From IMG/VR virus record IMGVR_UViG_3300043749_000038, positions 5,072 to 69,071 of that record: a stretch of DNA of 64,000 nucleotides; one strand, 5' to 3'. Numbering within the stretch: the first letter of the stretch is position 1; each line of letters opens with the position of its first letter. Origin of the DNA: a virus. The notes beneath the pieces are model-generated. The model had not been told where the DNA came from. It saw nothing but the letters and a program-made list of their open reading frames with translations, and did not search any database. Shown piece by piece: positions 20,747-29,934 of the stretch. The translations under genes were made by a program, and so were the position numbers.

Positions 20747-21253
20747 ATGGACTACAGCCTGGCGAGGGACCAGATTAAGTCTGGTGACGTAATCGCACTA
20801 TCACACGATCAATGGGGTTCGTGGTACGATCTCCAGATCCAAGCTGTTCGCATGTTCACGGAGAGTGAGTATTCCCACATTGCCCTCGCATGGGTCTTTG
20901 CTGGTCGAGTGTTCCTCATCGAGAGCGTTGAACCAGTTGTGCGCATCCTCCCTCTGTCGAATCTTGCAGACAAAGGTTTCTATCACATTCCGATTGGTGT
21001 TGACTACACCGAAGCGGAGTTGGAGTTCCTGATGTCCAAGGTTGGCGTAACGCCCTACTCCAAACTGGAAGCAATCCTTGCATACTTCAAGAAAGCCAAG
21101 ATTGGTGACACTCGTGTTGAAGAGTGCGCAAAGCTAGCCATCGAAGCACGTCGACTGTCGGGCATAGACCTGGGCGACAAGGCGACCCCGAGTGCAGTTG
21201 TCAAAACTCTCCTGGAGTCTAACCATGTCATCCAGTACGTCAAGAAAGCATAA
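20747..21253 (+). CDS. Permuted papain-like (NlpC/P60, YiiX/YaeF-type) enzyme
   Basis: IKSGDVI, YSHIAL (His), PYS, ECAKL (Cys), TP motif order. Confidence 0.65.
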   Translation: MDYSLARDQIKSGDVIALSHDQWGSWYDLQIQAVRMFTESEYSHIALAWVFAGRVFLIESVEPVVRILPLSNLADKGFYHIPIGVDYTEAELEFLMSKVGVTPYSKLEAILAYFKKAKIGDTRVEECAKLAIEARRLSGIDLGDKATPSAVVKTLLESNHVIQYVKKA

Positions 21254-21254
21254 C

Positions 21255-21506
21255 ATGAACCTCAGCAAAATGTCCACTACCGAACTCAGCAGCTACGCAG
21301 GTGGCGCAACAGCAGTTGGCGCCTCTCTGACCTTGACCCAAGTCGGCGTGATTGTGGGCATTGTGACGGCACTCCTCACATTCGCGCTCAACGCGTACTA
21401 TACCTATCACAAGAACAAACGCGAGCAGCGCCTGGCTGATCTCGAAGTCCGTGAGCGTGAAGCACATATCAGACTTATGGAGCAACAAAGTGAGCCCAAA
21501 TCTTAA
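21255..21506 (+). CDS. Holin
   Basis: 83 aa, hydrophobic helix VGVIVGIVTALLTFALNAYY, charged tail, overlaps endolysin. Confidence 0.7.
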   Translation: MNLSKMSTTELSSYAGGATAVGASLTLTQVGVIVGIVTALLTFALNAYYTYHKNKREQRLADLEVREREAHIRLMEQQSEPKS

Positions 21507-21972
21507 AGCCTTTCGTGACACCATTGCATTCAGCGAACTTGGTTTAATCATCCTTTCCAAGTCCGACAATGGCTACAACGTACTTGTGGGCAGCACGCCA
21601 GACAACGTAGTAACGTTCAAAGGCTACGCCGACCATCCGCATATCATCGTGCAGGTCAAGCAAAAGAACGGGAATATCATTCCAAGCTCTGCTGCTGGTC
21701 GTTACCAGATCATGCGAGCAATCTTCGACCATTATAAGATTCAGCTGAACCTGCCTGATTTCTCCCCTGCCTCGCAAGACGCAATTGCAAACCAACTTAT
21801 CAAAGAGTGCGGAGCTATTGCCGACATTGAGGCAGGCCGCTTCGACGTTGCTATCTTCAAGTGTAAGAGCCGCTGGGCCTCCTTGCCCGGTGCAAACTAT
21901 CCTGGCCAGCGAATGAATCCGATTGCGGACCTGCGTAACGCATTCGTCAAGGCCGGCGGTGTTCTTGCATGA
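21490..21972 (+). CDS. Endolysin, lambda R-type lytic transglycosylase
   Basis: AFRDTIAFSE, YNVLVG, SAAGRYQ, DFSPASQD, WASLPG motifs. Confidence 0.9.
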   Translation: MSPNLKAFRDTIAFSELGLIILSKSDNGYNVLVGSTPDNVVTFKGYADHPHIIVQVKQKNGNIIPSSAAGRYQIMRAIFDHYKIQLNLPDFSPASQDAIANQLIKECGAIADIEAGRFDVAIFKCKSRWASLPGANYPGQRMNPIADLRNAFVKAGGVLA

Positions 21973-21991
21973 TACTAAGAAAGGATTGACT

Positions 21992-22168
21992 ATGCCCACA
22001 CTCTACGTTAAGCTGTTCGTTGGACTGGTTCTGTTCGCTACGTGGATCGCTCTCGTTGTCTACAAGGTTCCAGGAGCGGATGCACTGATCGCCTTTATCC
22101 AGGCCTCGCTGGGTGCGTTGTTCGGTTATCACGCCGCAGACCGCAGCCCAAAGTCGGCGGCGCAATAG
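21992..22168 (+). CDS. Small two-TM membrane protein (possible lysis accessory)
   Basis: AAGGA RBS, two hydrophobic segments. Confidence 0.55.
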   Translation: MPTLYVKLFVGLVLFATWIALVVYKVPGADALIAFIQASLGALFGYHAADRSPKSAAQ

Positions 22169-22197
22169 CGCCACCTCAATCAACTAGGAGAAATGAA

Positions 22198-22626
22198 ATG
22201 TTTGCAACTCTGCTGTCGTTCTTCGTGAGCGCTACCCCCTACCTGGCCCTGGCCAGCAACCTGCTACCGATCCTGGCAATCGCTCGTTCGCAGAACGACC
22301 CAGCCGTCAGCAATGCCGGTCTGCTGAACACGATCAAAGCAATCCAGTTCGTACAACCGATCGTTGCACAAGTCGAAGCTGTCTCGAACGCTGGTCCGTC
22401 CAAGATGTCCGGTCCGGACAAGCTGCAACTGTTCCAGACCATCCTGCAAGAAGCACAAGCTGCAACTGCCGGGCAGGACAACAAGCTGACCGAAACCCTG
22501 CCGCTGCTGAATGCTGCCGTCGCGGCCGTGTGCGCCAGTATGAAGACCGCTCCGCTGACCATCCCGGCAACCACGTCTGCTACGAACGCCGCCGTCCCGG
22601 CGCCGGCTCTGCAGAACAACGCGTAA
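22198..22626 (+). CDS. Hypothetical protein with hydrophobic N-terminus
   Basis: AGGAG RBS, biased codons. Confidence 0.6.
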   Translation: MFATLLSFFVSATPYLALASNLLPILAIARSQNDPAVSNAGLLNTIKAIQFVQPIVAQVEAVSNAGPSKMSGPDKLQLFQTILQEAQAATAGQDNKLTETLPLLNAAVAAVCASMKTAPLTIPATTSATNAAVPAPALQNNA

Positions 22627-22629
22627 GGT

Positions 22630-22902
22630 GTGGGCATGAGCACCCCAATGCGCGCAAAGCTGGTTGTCAGCAACGTCGTGTCGAACGGCGAAAGCGATCG
22701 TGTGAGCTTCCGTGCCGTCTGCAAGTCGGACGGCTACGGCGCAGATGGCCTGGACGAGAACAACACGTTCTCCAAGTTCAGCCCGTCCGCAGATCTGCAC
22801 ATGTCGATCTGTAATCCGGAACTGGTCGGAAAGTACAAGGTCGGCGACACGTTCTACGTGGACTTCACGCCCGTGCTGGTTGTGCAACGCAACCCCCAGT
22901 AA
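22630..22902 (+). CDS. Hypothetical protein
   Basis: MRAKLVV...ENNTFSKFSPS...FYVDFTP; last + strand gene of late arm. Confidence 0.6.
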   Translation: MGMSTPMRAKLVVSNVVSNGESDRVSFRAVCKSDGYGADGLDENNTFSKFSPSADLHMSICNPELVGKYKVGDTFYVDFTPVLVVQRNPQ

Positions 22903-22912
22903 ACGCACGGCA

Positions 22913-22945
22913 AGGGGTGCGCCCGCTGCGCAATAGCGCACCCCT
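22913..22945. terminator. Hairpin at convergence of the two arms
   Basis: AGGGGTGCGC...GCGCACCCCT inverted repeat between convergent genes. Confidence 0.55.
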
Positions 22946-22960
22946 AACACACCTCCCCAG

Positions 22961-23209
22961 CTAACCCCCGTAACGCTTGCCGCGTGCGGCAAAAATGTTG
23001 TCTTCTATCCGCTTTACCTCAGTGTCCGGCACCCAATCTGCTTGGATTCCCTCCGCTGTGTAAATCATCATATCTTCAATGTACAGCTCCGGCCACGTAG
23101 GGTCGGTTGCTGCGTAAATCGTGTAGAGCACCAATACAGGGACGCCAAATACTTCGTCCTGATGGGTGCTGTGGTTCGGATATCTGTCTTTCAACTCTAG
23201 AATAGTCAT
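22961..23209 (-). CDS. Hypothetical protein
   Basis: Trimmed ORF beginning MTILELK downstream of polymerase; TGTTATACT extended -10 upstream. Confidence 0.45.
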   Translation of the reverse strand: MTILELKDRYPNHSTHQDEVFGVPVLVLYTIYAATDPTWPELYIEDMMIYTAEGIQADWVPDTEVKRIEDNIFAARGKRYGG

Positions 23210-23243
23210 TGCACACCCCCATGCACAGCATATTAGTATAACA

Positions 23244-25292
23244 TTATTCAACAAGCTGTGGCGTAGACTGACCCACTTTTTCCAGAATGGAGTACGACTC
23301 GTTGATGTACCATTCATAGTCCAAGTCTTCAGGCATTCCGTTAGGCAGGTTCATGCAAGGAACGGCCCCGTCCGAGCGAGGGACTTTGTTGCCCGAATTT
23401 GCCATAACAATCTGACCGCTGGCTTGGGTCGAGTAATACCAGCGAACGGTCTTGCCAAGGAACTCGTAGCACTTCTCATCTTTCATGTAAACGCCACCGC
23501 CGCCCTTTGCCAGCTCGCGCATGGTTGTGAACATCGACACTTGGTCGCACGAGCGGATTGTGTGGGCAATAGACGTACCGTGCTCGAAGTAGTCCTTAAT
23601 CGCCTTGACGCAAATCTCGTTGACCGCGTTCTTCATCGAAGAAGTCTTAGCGTACAGACCTTTGGTCTTGAACCAATTGCCTTTGTCAGGTTCAGTGTAC
23701 GTTGCAATGTAGTTGTTCACGTCCTTTGCGAGATAGGACTTGTAACGGGTTTCTTCGGTTCCGAATCCTGTCTCCTTACCCCACTGCTTGACAATTGCGT
23801 CGAACTGTGCGCGCATGCTGCGCTTGCAACGGACAACGACGCCGTCAGTGTTCGCGTTGATAACCTTAATGCCTGCAAGCTCGAAGCGCTCGATGAGCAT
23901 CAGCAGGGACAGCTGACCCGTCAGCGTAACTTGCATCATTAGGTTCGGTGCGTACATGACCGAGAACATGTTTGCCAGCTTTCCGAACGAGCCGTTAAGA
24001 ACAATCTTTAAGCACTGCGCGGTGATAGGATCTGTCTTCTTCGCCGCAATACGTGTCTCGTAAATCGTACGGTAGATCTTAAGAAAGATCTGCCCCATGT
24101 TGGTAGGGGTTAGACCCGCATTAAGGATCAGAGTCGGGTAATACGAAGTTGCGTCAGTGTCTGCAATAAAGTATTCGTCGTCCTCAACATATCCGACGTT
24201 GCTCTCTTTACTGTGCAAGCCTCCGATACCGAATGCGTACTCACCATCTGCAATCTTTAATTTAAGACCGGTGAACTCTGGAGGGTTGAGGATGCCGCCC
24301 TCGTATGTGCCCACAACGTAATGCGCGTCCTGCACCAGCTTCAGCAGCGAGTTCAGGTACGGCGTTTGGAACTTAACAAAGCTCGGTGTCTTAAAGCGGT
24401 AGGTTGTTCCCTGCGCAATCTCCGCAGGCTTGATATACTTGTCACCAGTGAGACGAATGTACTCAGCTCTGATAATGGCTTCTGCCATCTGAGCGTCGGA
24501 CTTTGAGCGCAAGTCCACGTCGTATCTTGCACCGAACTCCTCGCGCAAGCTAATGACGTCAAGCTTGGACGTGTAGACCAAGTGGGTGTTATCCAAGTCG
24601 TTCACGTTGTATCGCTTCAAGACCAGACACTGCTCGAACGAAAGCACTGTACCGGGCTTGAATGGGAGGTCTTGCAGCTTAGGCGCGTGCAGGCGAGCAG
24701 CGCACTTCTTCAAGCCAGGGGCTTGAGCCGTGAGCTCGATAACGTCAATCTGCTCTATTTCAACCTTATTCTTTTTCTTGTAAGAGATCCCGTAGTGGCG
24801 GAGGACTTCGTAACCCTTGCAGCCCTCTTGAATAAGCATGCAGGTTGCTGCCCACATATCAGTGTGGTCATACAATTCCTGGCACGCTACCTGAGCAATG
24901 GTTTCGTCGAACTTAATGCCGTTGAAGGTAATTAGCGTGAAGTTCGCGAGAACCCACGCCAACTTCCGTCGATCGTAATCGTGCCCAAAGTCGCTGCTCT
25001 CGAAGAACAGGTGCTTGCCAGTTTCAATGTTCTTGAAACCGTGCAGACCGTAGTTCGGGTAGGATTCAACGTCGTAGATGAGCTTGTGCTTATTCTGCCA
25101 GGCAGCAATAAGCTCCATGTCGTTCATCTCGTTAAAGTTGAACGAACAGGCTTCTTCATACGCACCGGGCGGGATGAAGCCAGGTTCGAGCCAGTATTGG
25201 GCGGGCGGAGTTTTTTTGACTTTTTCTTTCTTGGGAGGCTTAACGGGTGCGATGTCCTCCCAAAATAAGCCTATCGAGTCGGCACGAGGCAT
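23244..25292 (-). CDS. Family B DNA polymerase with 3'-5' exonuclease
   Basis: ExoI YDVESY, ExoII FNGIKFD, motif A DATSYYP, motif B KIVLNGSFG, motif C NTDG. Confidence 0.9.
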   Translation of the reverse strand: MPRADSIGLFWEDIAPVKPPKKEKVKKTPPAQYWLEPGFIPPGAYEEACSFNFNEMNDMELIAAWQNKHKLIYDVESYPNYGLHGFKNIETGKHLFFESSDFGHDYDRRKLAWVLANFTLITFNGIKFDETIAQVACQELYDHTDMWAATCMLIQEGCKGYEVLRHYGISYKKKNKVEIEQIDVIELTAQAPGLKKCAARLHAPKLQDLPFKPGTVLSFEQCLVLKRYNVNDLDNTHLVYTSKLDVISLREEFGARYDVDLRSKSDAQMAEAIIRAEYIRLTGDKYIKPAEIAQGTTYRFKTPSFVKFQTPYLNSLLKLVQDAHYVVGTYEGGILNPPEFTGLKLKIADGEYAFGIGGLHSKESNVGYVEDDEYFIADTDATSYYPTLILNAGLTPTNMGQIFLKIYRTIYETRIAAKKTDPITAQCLKIVLNGSFGKLANMFSVMYAPNLMMQVTLTGQLSLLMLIERFELAGIKVINANTDGVVVRCKRSMRAQFDAIVKQWGKETGFGTEETRYKSYLAKDVNNYIATYTEPDKGNWFKTKGLYAKTSSMKNAVNEICVKAIKDYFEHGTSIAHTIRSCDQVSMFTTMRELAKGGGGVYMKDEKCYEFLGKTVRWYYSTQASGQIVMANSGNKVPRSDGAVPCMNLPNGMPEDLDYEWYINESYSILEKVGQSTPQLVE

Positions 25293-25657
25293 CACCAAAC
25301 CTTTTCAAGCTGACGGGTTAAATCACGGATGAGGTTTTTGTTACGGCTTAGTTTAGCACGTTCCAACTGTGCCAGCAAAGCTTGACGCTTGGGGCTTGGT
25401 TTGGACGGTGCAATTGGATCGCCAAAGCTTGTGAGCTCGTCGATGACCATCGAATCAACACCCACGCCAAACACCCTAGTTTGAGCAGGGTGCATGAGGA
25501 TAACATGCACTCCAGCGGCCTGAGCAGCTTCCGCAGCGGCCCGCACTCTCCTACTCATTGTCAGGTCAGATGTGAGGATATAAATTTTTGGGTCGTTACC
25601 AAACGTAACTTTGTCACCGTCTTTTAAGATGACTTCCTCTACGTTGATGTAGGCCAT
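25292..25657 (-). CDS. Hypothetical protein
   Basis: Coupled by TGATG overlaps on both sides. Confidence 0.5.
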   Translation of the reverse strand: MAYINVEEVILKDGDKVTFGNDPKIYILTSDLTMSRRVRAAAEAAQAAGVHVILMHPAQTRVFGVGVDSMVIDELTSFGDPIAPSKPSPKRQALLAQLERAKLSRNKNLIRDLTRQLEKVW

Positions 25658-25938
25658 CACCGTCCCGTCCTGTAAACACGTCCCGGAGGAGTACGCTTCG
25701 GTGGCGGAGAATTCCAAGCGCGTTTCCATTCGTTAGACTGACCCCTGAATCCACGCACAAGATAAACAATCTCCGCCGTTTCACGCGCGCTATCACTCGG
25801 GTACGGCATGCAGTGAATGTTGAACTGATGGATTACCGCGTTGCACCACTGCTCACGCGTCCAGGTTGGTTCAACTTTGACTTCAACACCCATCTGGTGC
25901 ATGGTATGAAGCATCTTAACAACATTCAGTTTGATCAT
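25657..25938 (-). CDS. Hypothetical protein
   Basis: Overlapping start/stop with neighbours. Confidence 0.45.
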   Translation of the reverse strand: MIKLNVVKMLHTMHQMGVEVKVEPTWTREQWCNAVIHQFNIHCMPYPSDSARETAEIVYLVRGFRGQSNEWKRAWNSPPPKRTPPGRVYRTGR

Positions 25939-26903
25939 TTCTTCATCCCGATAAGAACACCGCGCAATAAATTGTCTTCGCTAAGGAAGGCGCACGGACG
26001 CGGGTAGGTAGTCCAGTCCACCCTAGCCGCGAGACCCTCCAGCAACTTGAGATATTTGATGTTATACAGCCCTTCGTTGACCAGCCCAGGCACTTCGAAC
26101 GAAGCTCCCTCGGACTCGTCATTGTGGGTAAACATCCGACCGCCGTTGAAATGCACGCTACCGAGTTGGTCGACAAACGGTGCAATGCTATCGATAGCTT
26201 CGAAAAATGTTTCCGGAATTTGTGTTGGGTTTGACGGTGCATTTAGCCGACTTGCTAGGTCCGGCCATTCGGTAAGGCTGTAAAGCTGCGTGCGGAGCCA
26301 GCGGTCGCCGGTGTAGTGGAAGGTAACACTGCCCTCCGCAACCTGCGCGTACAGCGGGGCTTCCTTAACCCGCATCATTTCTTTGATCGCTGCGCCCGGA
26401 ATGTTAATGGTGTGTGGGAAGTCAATCCCCAGCCAGTATTGCACCAGGCAAACGTTATTTGTCGCATAGAGCGATCGATCACGGACAAGGATGCCTTGCG
26501 CCCACTTCCGCGACGCGTCCTCACCGATGAACGGAGCAACACGCTTGACGCCTTCATAGAACTTTTCTCCATCAAATTGGACAATGGTGCCTTCCGGATG
26601 TACGTGAGGGGTGTCACCCTCGATGGACTCGATGTGCACTTTGAACGAACCGCTTTTGACGGTCAGCTTACCGCCCGGCGTCATGGACAGTTGTACGGTG
26701 TCCTTGCAGTTCGCAATTGCTTTGACCAGCTTTTCAGCTTTCGGCAAGCAAGCGATGTCAAACGGAATTGGGCTGCACAGTGCAATCGTGCCATTGAACC
26801 CGCGCACCTTACCATGCTCAATGCGGAAGTGCGTAAGCTCCGACACGAAGTCCTTACGGGCTACGCTGCCGGCAACGAACTTGAGGGATTCGAGGAGTGT
26901 CAT
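25935..26903 (-). CDS. Putative sliding-clamp (DNA polymerase beta-like) protein
   Basis: 322 aa; LTHFRIE and LYATNN beta-clamp-like pattern; near polymerase. Confidence 0.55.
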   Translation of the reverse strand: MTLLESLKFVAGSVARKDFVSELTHFRIEHGKVRGFNGTIALCSPIPFDIACLPKAEKLVKAIANCKDTVQLSMTPGGKLTVKSGSFKVHIESIEGDTPHVHPEGTIVQFDGEKFYEGVKRVAPFIGEDASRKWAQGILVRDRSLYATNNVCLVQYWLGIDFPHTINIPGAAIKEMMRVKEAPLYAQVAEGSVTFHYTGDRWLRTQLYSLTEWPDLASRLNAPSNPTQIPETFFEAIDSIAPFVDQLGSVHFNGGRMFTHNDESEGASFEVPGLVNEGLYNIKYLKLLEGLAARVDWTTYPRPCAFLSEDNLLRGVLIGMKK

Positions 26904-27130
26904 GGGAGTTTATTCCACGGTTTAATAGACGCATCGCTGTACTTTGCATCGCGGAGCGGGCTGTAGCTAAGGTCGATAATGTGCACATCCCCCGCTATGG
27001 TGTGTACATAGCGTTCCTCTCTGTGCGTGACAGGAATAAGCAACGGCATCCCACCGGGAATATTGGAGGGGCGAATCTCCTTAACTTGGCGCTTCTGCTT
27101 CTCGCCCTTAATGATCACTTCCATTAACAT
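26900..27130 (-). CDS. Hypothetical protein
   Basis: Coupled between dpdA-like and clamp genes. Confidence 0.45.
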   Translation of the reverse strand: MLMEVIIKGEKQKRQVKEIRPSNIPGGMPLLIPVTHREERYVHTIAGDVHIIDLSYSPLRDAKYSDASIKPWNKLP

Positions 27131-28059
27131 TAGAAAAGCTCCTGTACTTTTAACACGTCAAAGTCGTTCTGTTTCTTTTCAAGACGTTTGTTAATCTGCT
27201 GGTTCACTTCCATGTAGCCCAAGATGTTATACACAGCGCGGCTCTCGTAAATTGTACCAAGCCGCTGTACATCAAAGCCCTTACTATTTAGCATCCGTTC
27301 CACTGCTGCGCGCTCGATGTCGGTTAGTGTGGTTATATGCCTGCCCGCGTCGTGCTTGGCTGGAGAGTTTTCAGACACGGCAAGCGGCCCGTGCTCGCTC
27401 GTGTAAATGGAACCAAACGCTGCTGCTTGAATCCATGACGACGAGTCAACGCTGTACCATGGATACCGTTCCATTAACCACACAGCAGTCATACCGAACG
27501 CATGGACCTTGAGCTTGGGCCTGCCGGAACCATCAAGCATAAGCGGCCAGATGCGGTCAAGCCATACGCGCTGACTTTCCGCGGTACGCCGAACGAGGCC
27601 TCCAATGGTGATGTAATCGTAATTTGCAACGTACCATTCGAGGTAACGGACATCTTCGCCGTAGTGGAAGCAGGGGAGGGGTTTTGCATTTTGTGACTCC
27701 ATGTACAGTTGGTTCCTGTAAGTTTGAAGTGGATCTCCAATGCCGTCAAGTACAGATGCCATAACGATTCCATCTTCCTTACGCAGGATATCCTCGTTGC
27801 GCTTGATGTAATCGCAGTAAGCGTTAATGTCAATACTTACACCGAGGGAGTGCGCGGAGAACGCACCTGAGTCCAGGAACACTTGCGCACCCTGCTCCCG
27901 CATGGTATCGACAAAGCGCTGTCCGTGGACGTAGTGATATGATTCGAGTATATGAGGAATAGTAGGCGTGATTGCAGCCTCCACCTCGTTTAACTTTTCA
28001 TAACGTTGTTGACCTTTCATGTATGAGTTGGTATAAACAGCCGCTAAGAATAGATTCAC
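27130..28059 (-). CDS. dpdA: TGT-fold DNA guanine transglycosylase (DpdA-like)
   Basis: FLDSGAFS, VLDGIGD, FHYGE, IGGL, VHAFG, SVDSSSW TGT-family motifs; beside preQ0 genes and replication genes. Confidence 0.8.
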   Translation of the reverse strand: MNLFLAAVYTNSYMKGQQRYEKLNEVEAAITPTIPHILESYHYVHGQRFVDTMREQGAQVFLDSGAFSAHSLGVSIDINAYCDYIKRNEDILRKEDGIVMASVLDGIGDPLQTYRNQLYMESQNAKPLPCFHYGEDVRYLEWYVANYDYITIGGLVRRTAESQRVWLDRIWPLMLDGSGRPKLKVHAFGMTAVWLMERYPWYSVDSSSWIQAAAFGSIYTSEHGPLAVSENSPAKHDAGRHITTLTDIERAAVERMLNSKGFDVQRLGTIYESRAVYNILGYMEVNQQINKRLEKKQNDFDVLKVQELF

Positions 28060-28278
28060 AGGTTGTACTCCTCGCGTGCTGTGTTCGAAAGTCTTGTTAG
28101 GACCTCCTTTTCTTCTTTGGTGAACTCAATCTGGAATCCACCGCTAACGTCGATGTAGTCAATACTTTCCGAGTCAATAATGCGAGCAATGTATTTTTTG
28201 AACAGAGCTTCGTAGTCCACAGTAACAACCCTTGCGGTAAATGCGTACGCCGCTTGCGGTAGCGCACGGCAAAGCGTT

Positions 28279-28311
28279 AAAAATGGGGAGGTGCACACTG
28301 TACCCTCCCCA
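28279..28311 (-). terminator. Rho-independent terminator between que genes and dpdA
   Basis: Minus strand TGGGGAGG-loop-CCTCCCCA-TTTTT. Confidence 0.65.
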
Positions 28312-28335
28312 CTAGCTGCGCAGCGTGCCGCGCGT

Positions 28336-28434
28336 TTAAATGCTTGGTGTCACAGCCAGTGCGCACACGAACAGCAGGCCGAGAAAGATGTAAGCTACAA
28401 CACGTTCGAACTTCTTTTGATTACGGTTGCGCAT
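28336..28434 (-). CDS. Putative 32-aa membrane peptide (not in ORF track)
   Basis: MRNRNQKKFERVVAYIFLGLLFVCALAVTPSI; AGGT RBS; fills gap before terminator. Confidence 0.45.
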   Translation of the reverse strand: MRNRNQKKFERVVAYIFLGLLFVCALAVTPSI

Positions 28435-28442
28435 GACGTTAC

Positions 28443-28688
28443 CTATGTTAAGTCAACAAGCAAGGCTACAACAGGGTGGCCTTCCCCACGGACCCAAAGC
28501 TGAACGCTCTTACCTTCATTCAAAGCTTTGAGCTCCTCCGGCGTTGGTTCCCATGCAGAGACCATAAATTTACCTTGGTCGGTCTCAACCTCCTTGACAG
28601 GAAGACCGGCGCAGCTTGAACCGTCGTCTTTCCAGTCAGATGGTGCGCCAAAGACCTTGGTAGCGTTTTCGATCCGGCGGACTAGCAT
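28443..28688 (-). CDS. Hypothetical protein
   Basis: GAPSDW...C.GLP...SAWEPTPEELKAL...HPVV, recognisable small phage family. Confidence 0.6.
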   Translation of the reverse strand: MLVRRIENATKVFGAPSDWKDDGSSCAGLPVKEVETDQGKFMVSAWEPTPEELKALNEGKSVQLWVRGEGHPVVALLVDLT

Positions 28689-28698
28689 AGCGCCGCCC

Positions 28699-29289
28699 CT
28701 ACGCTTGGTTCAAGAAATCCGCGCGGCGATCCGGGTCGGTGTACAGATAACCGCGCAGCGCCTTGGTGATGGTATGATGTCCTTGCTGACGCAGGCCGCG
28801 GTTTTCCATGCAGAAGTGTCGAGCGCGGATGACCACACCTACCGCCTTCGGATTCAGGTGCTCGACCAGTGTGTCGGCAATCTGTGTGGTCAAACGTTCC
28901 TGCACTTGCAGCCGGCGCGCGAACGCGTCAGCCAGGCGGGACAGCTTGGACAGGCCGACGATCTTACCGTTCGGATGGTACGCGATGGTCGCGGTGCCGA
29001 AGATGGGCTCCAGGTGATGCTCGCACTGGCTGTAGATCGGGATGTCTTTGACGATCACAAGGTCGTTGTAACCCTCGGCGCCGTCTTCGAACACCTTCAG
29101 CAGCGACGGGATGTCAACACCGTAACCGGAGGTCTTTTCGGCCCAGGCCTTAACGACTCGGTGGGGGGTTTCCAGAAGGCCGGGGCGAGGCTCCTCGCCA
29201 ATAACAAGCGAGATCAGTTGCCGGATCACGTTGCGCTTTTGTTGCTGGATTTCTTCGTTGGTGCCTTGCGGCAGGAGTTCGTATTGCAT
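28699..29289 (-). CDS. folE: GTP cyclohydrolase I
   Basis: GLLETPHRV, SQCEHH, GLSKLSR, RLQVQERLT, HFCMENRG. Confidence 0.95.
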   Translation of the reverse strand: MQYELLPQGTNEEIQQQKRNVIRQLISLVIGEEPRPGLLETPHRVVKAWAEKTSGYGVDIPSLLKVFEDGAEGYNDLVIVKDIPIYSQCEHHLEPIFGTATIAYHPNGKIVGLSKLSRLADAFARRLQVQERLTTQIADTLVEHLNPKAVGVVIRARHFCMENRGLRQQGHHTITKALRGYLYTDPDRRADFLNQA

Positions 29290-29290
29290 G

Positions 29291-29767
29291 TTATTTTCCA
29301 AAAAAGGTTGCAGAGTTGGCACCATGCTCGGAGCATTTAACCGAGGCGACGCGTACGCGATGGAAACGGCCGCCGGACGCATGCTTTCCGTTCAGCTCCC
29401 GCACGAGCAGAGCGACTTCGTTGTAGACTTCTTCTGCGAACGATTCGCAGCCTACGCGGGGTACAACCCTGAGGTCGATGATCTTCTGGTCGTGCAACAC
29501 GCGGAAGGCGTCCAGTGCTGGATCGTCCTTGGCAATGACGGTCTTGTGGTCGAACATCTCGCCAAGCCTGGAGCGCAGCGATTTAAGACCGCCGAAATCG
29601 ATAAGCCAGTTGCGGCCGTCCAGCGTGTTGGATTCGAAGACGATCTCGAATGCCAAGCTGTAACCGTGCAGCATCGAGCAGTGCGAGTGCGTCGCTTTGT
29701 GCTGCCGGAAACAGCAGGACAATCCGAGGTTGTGGTCATAGACCTTTGTTACTTGGTAGCTGGACAC
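29291..29767 (-). CDS. queD: 6-carboxy-tetrahydropterin synthase
   Basis: HCSMLHGY, IDFGGLK, FDH, terminal E-H-G-A-N-S-A. Confidence 0.9.
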   Translation of the reverse strand: MSSYQVTKVYDHNLGLSCCFRQHKATHSHCSMLHGYSLAFEIVFESNTLDGRNWLIDFGGLKSLRSRLGEMFDHKTVIAKDDPALDAFRVLHDQKIIDLRVVPRVGCESFAEEVYNEVALLVRELNGKHASGGRFHRVRVASVKCSEHGANSATFFGK

Positions 29768-29934
29768 AGGTGCACCATCTTTCGCAGTTGTTCGACTTGG
29801 TCTTTCAGATCCGTATTTTCCTGAAGCAGCTTAGCTTCACGCGCAAGAACTTCGTCGAGTTTCTTACACTTTTCACCGTACTGCTGTTCCAGATTGCGGA
29901 GGGCTTTGTGGGCCGGGATGGGTTTAGCAGCCAT
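29749..29934 (-). CDS. Small coiled-coil protein
   Basis: Coupled between queC and queD. Confidence 0.5.
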   Translation of the reverse strand: MAAKPIPAHKALRNLEQQYGEKCKKLDEVLAREAKLLQENTDLKDQVEQLRKMVHLCPATK

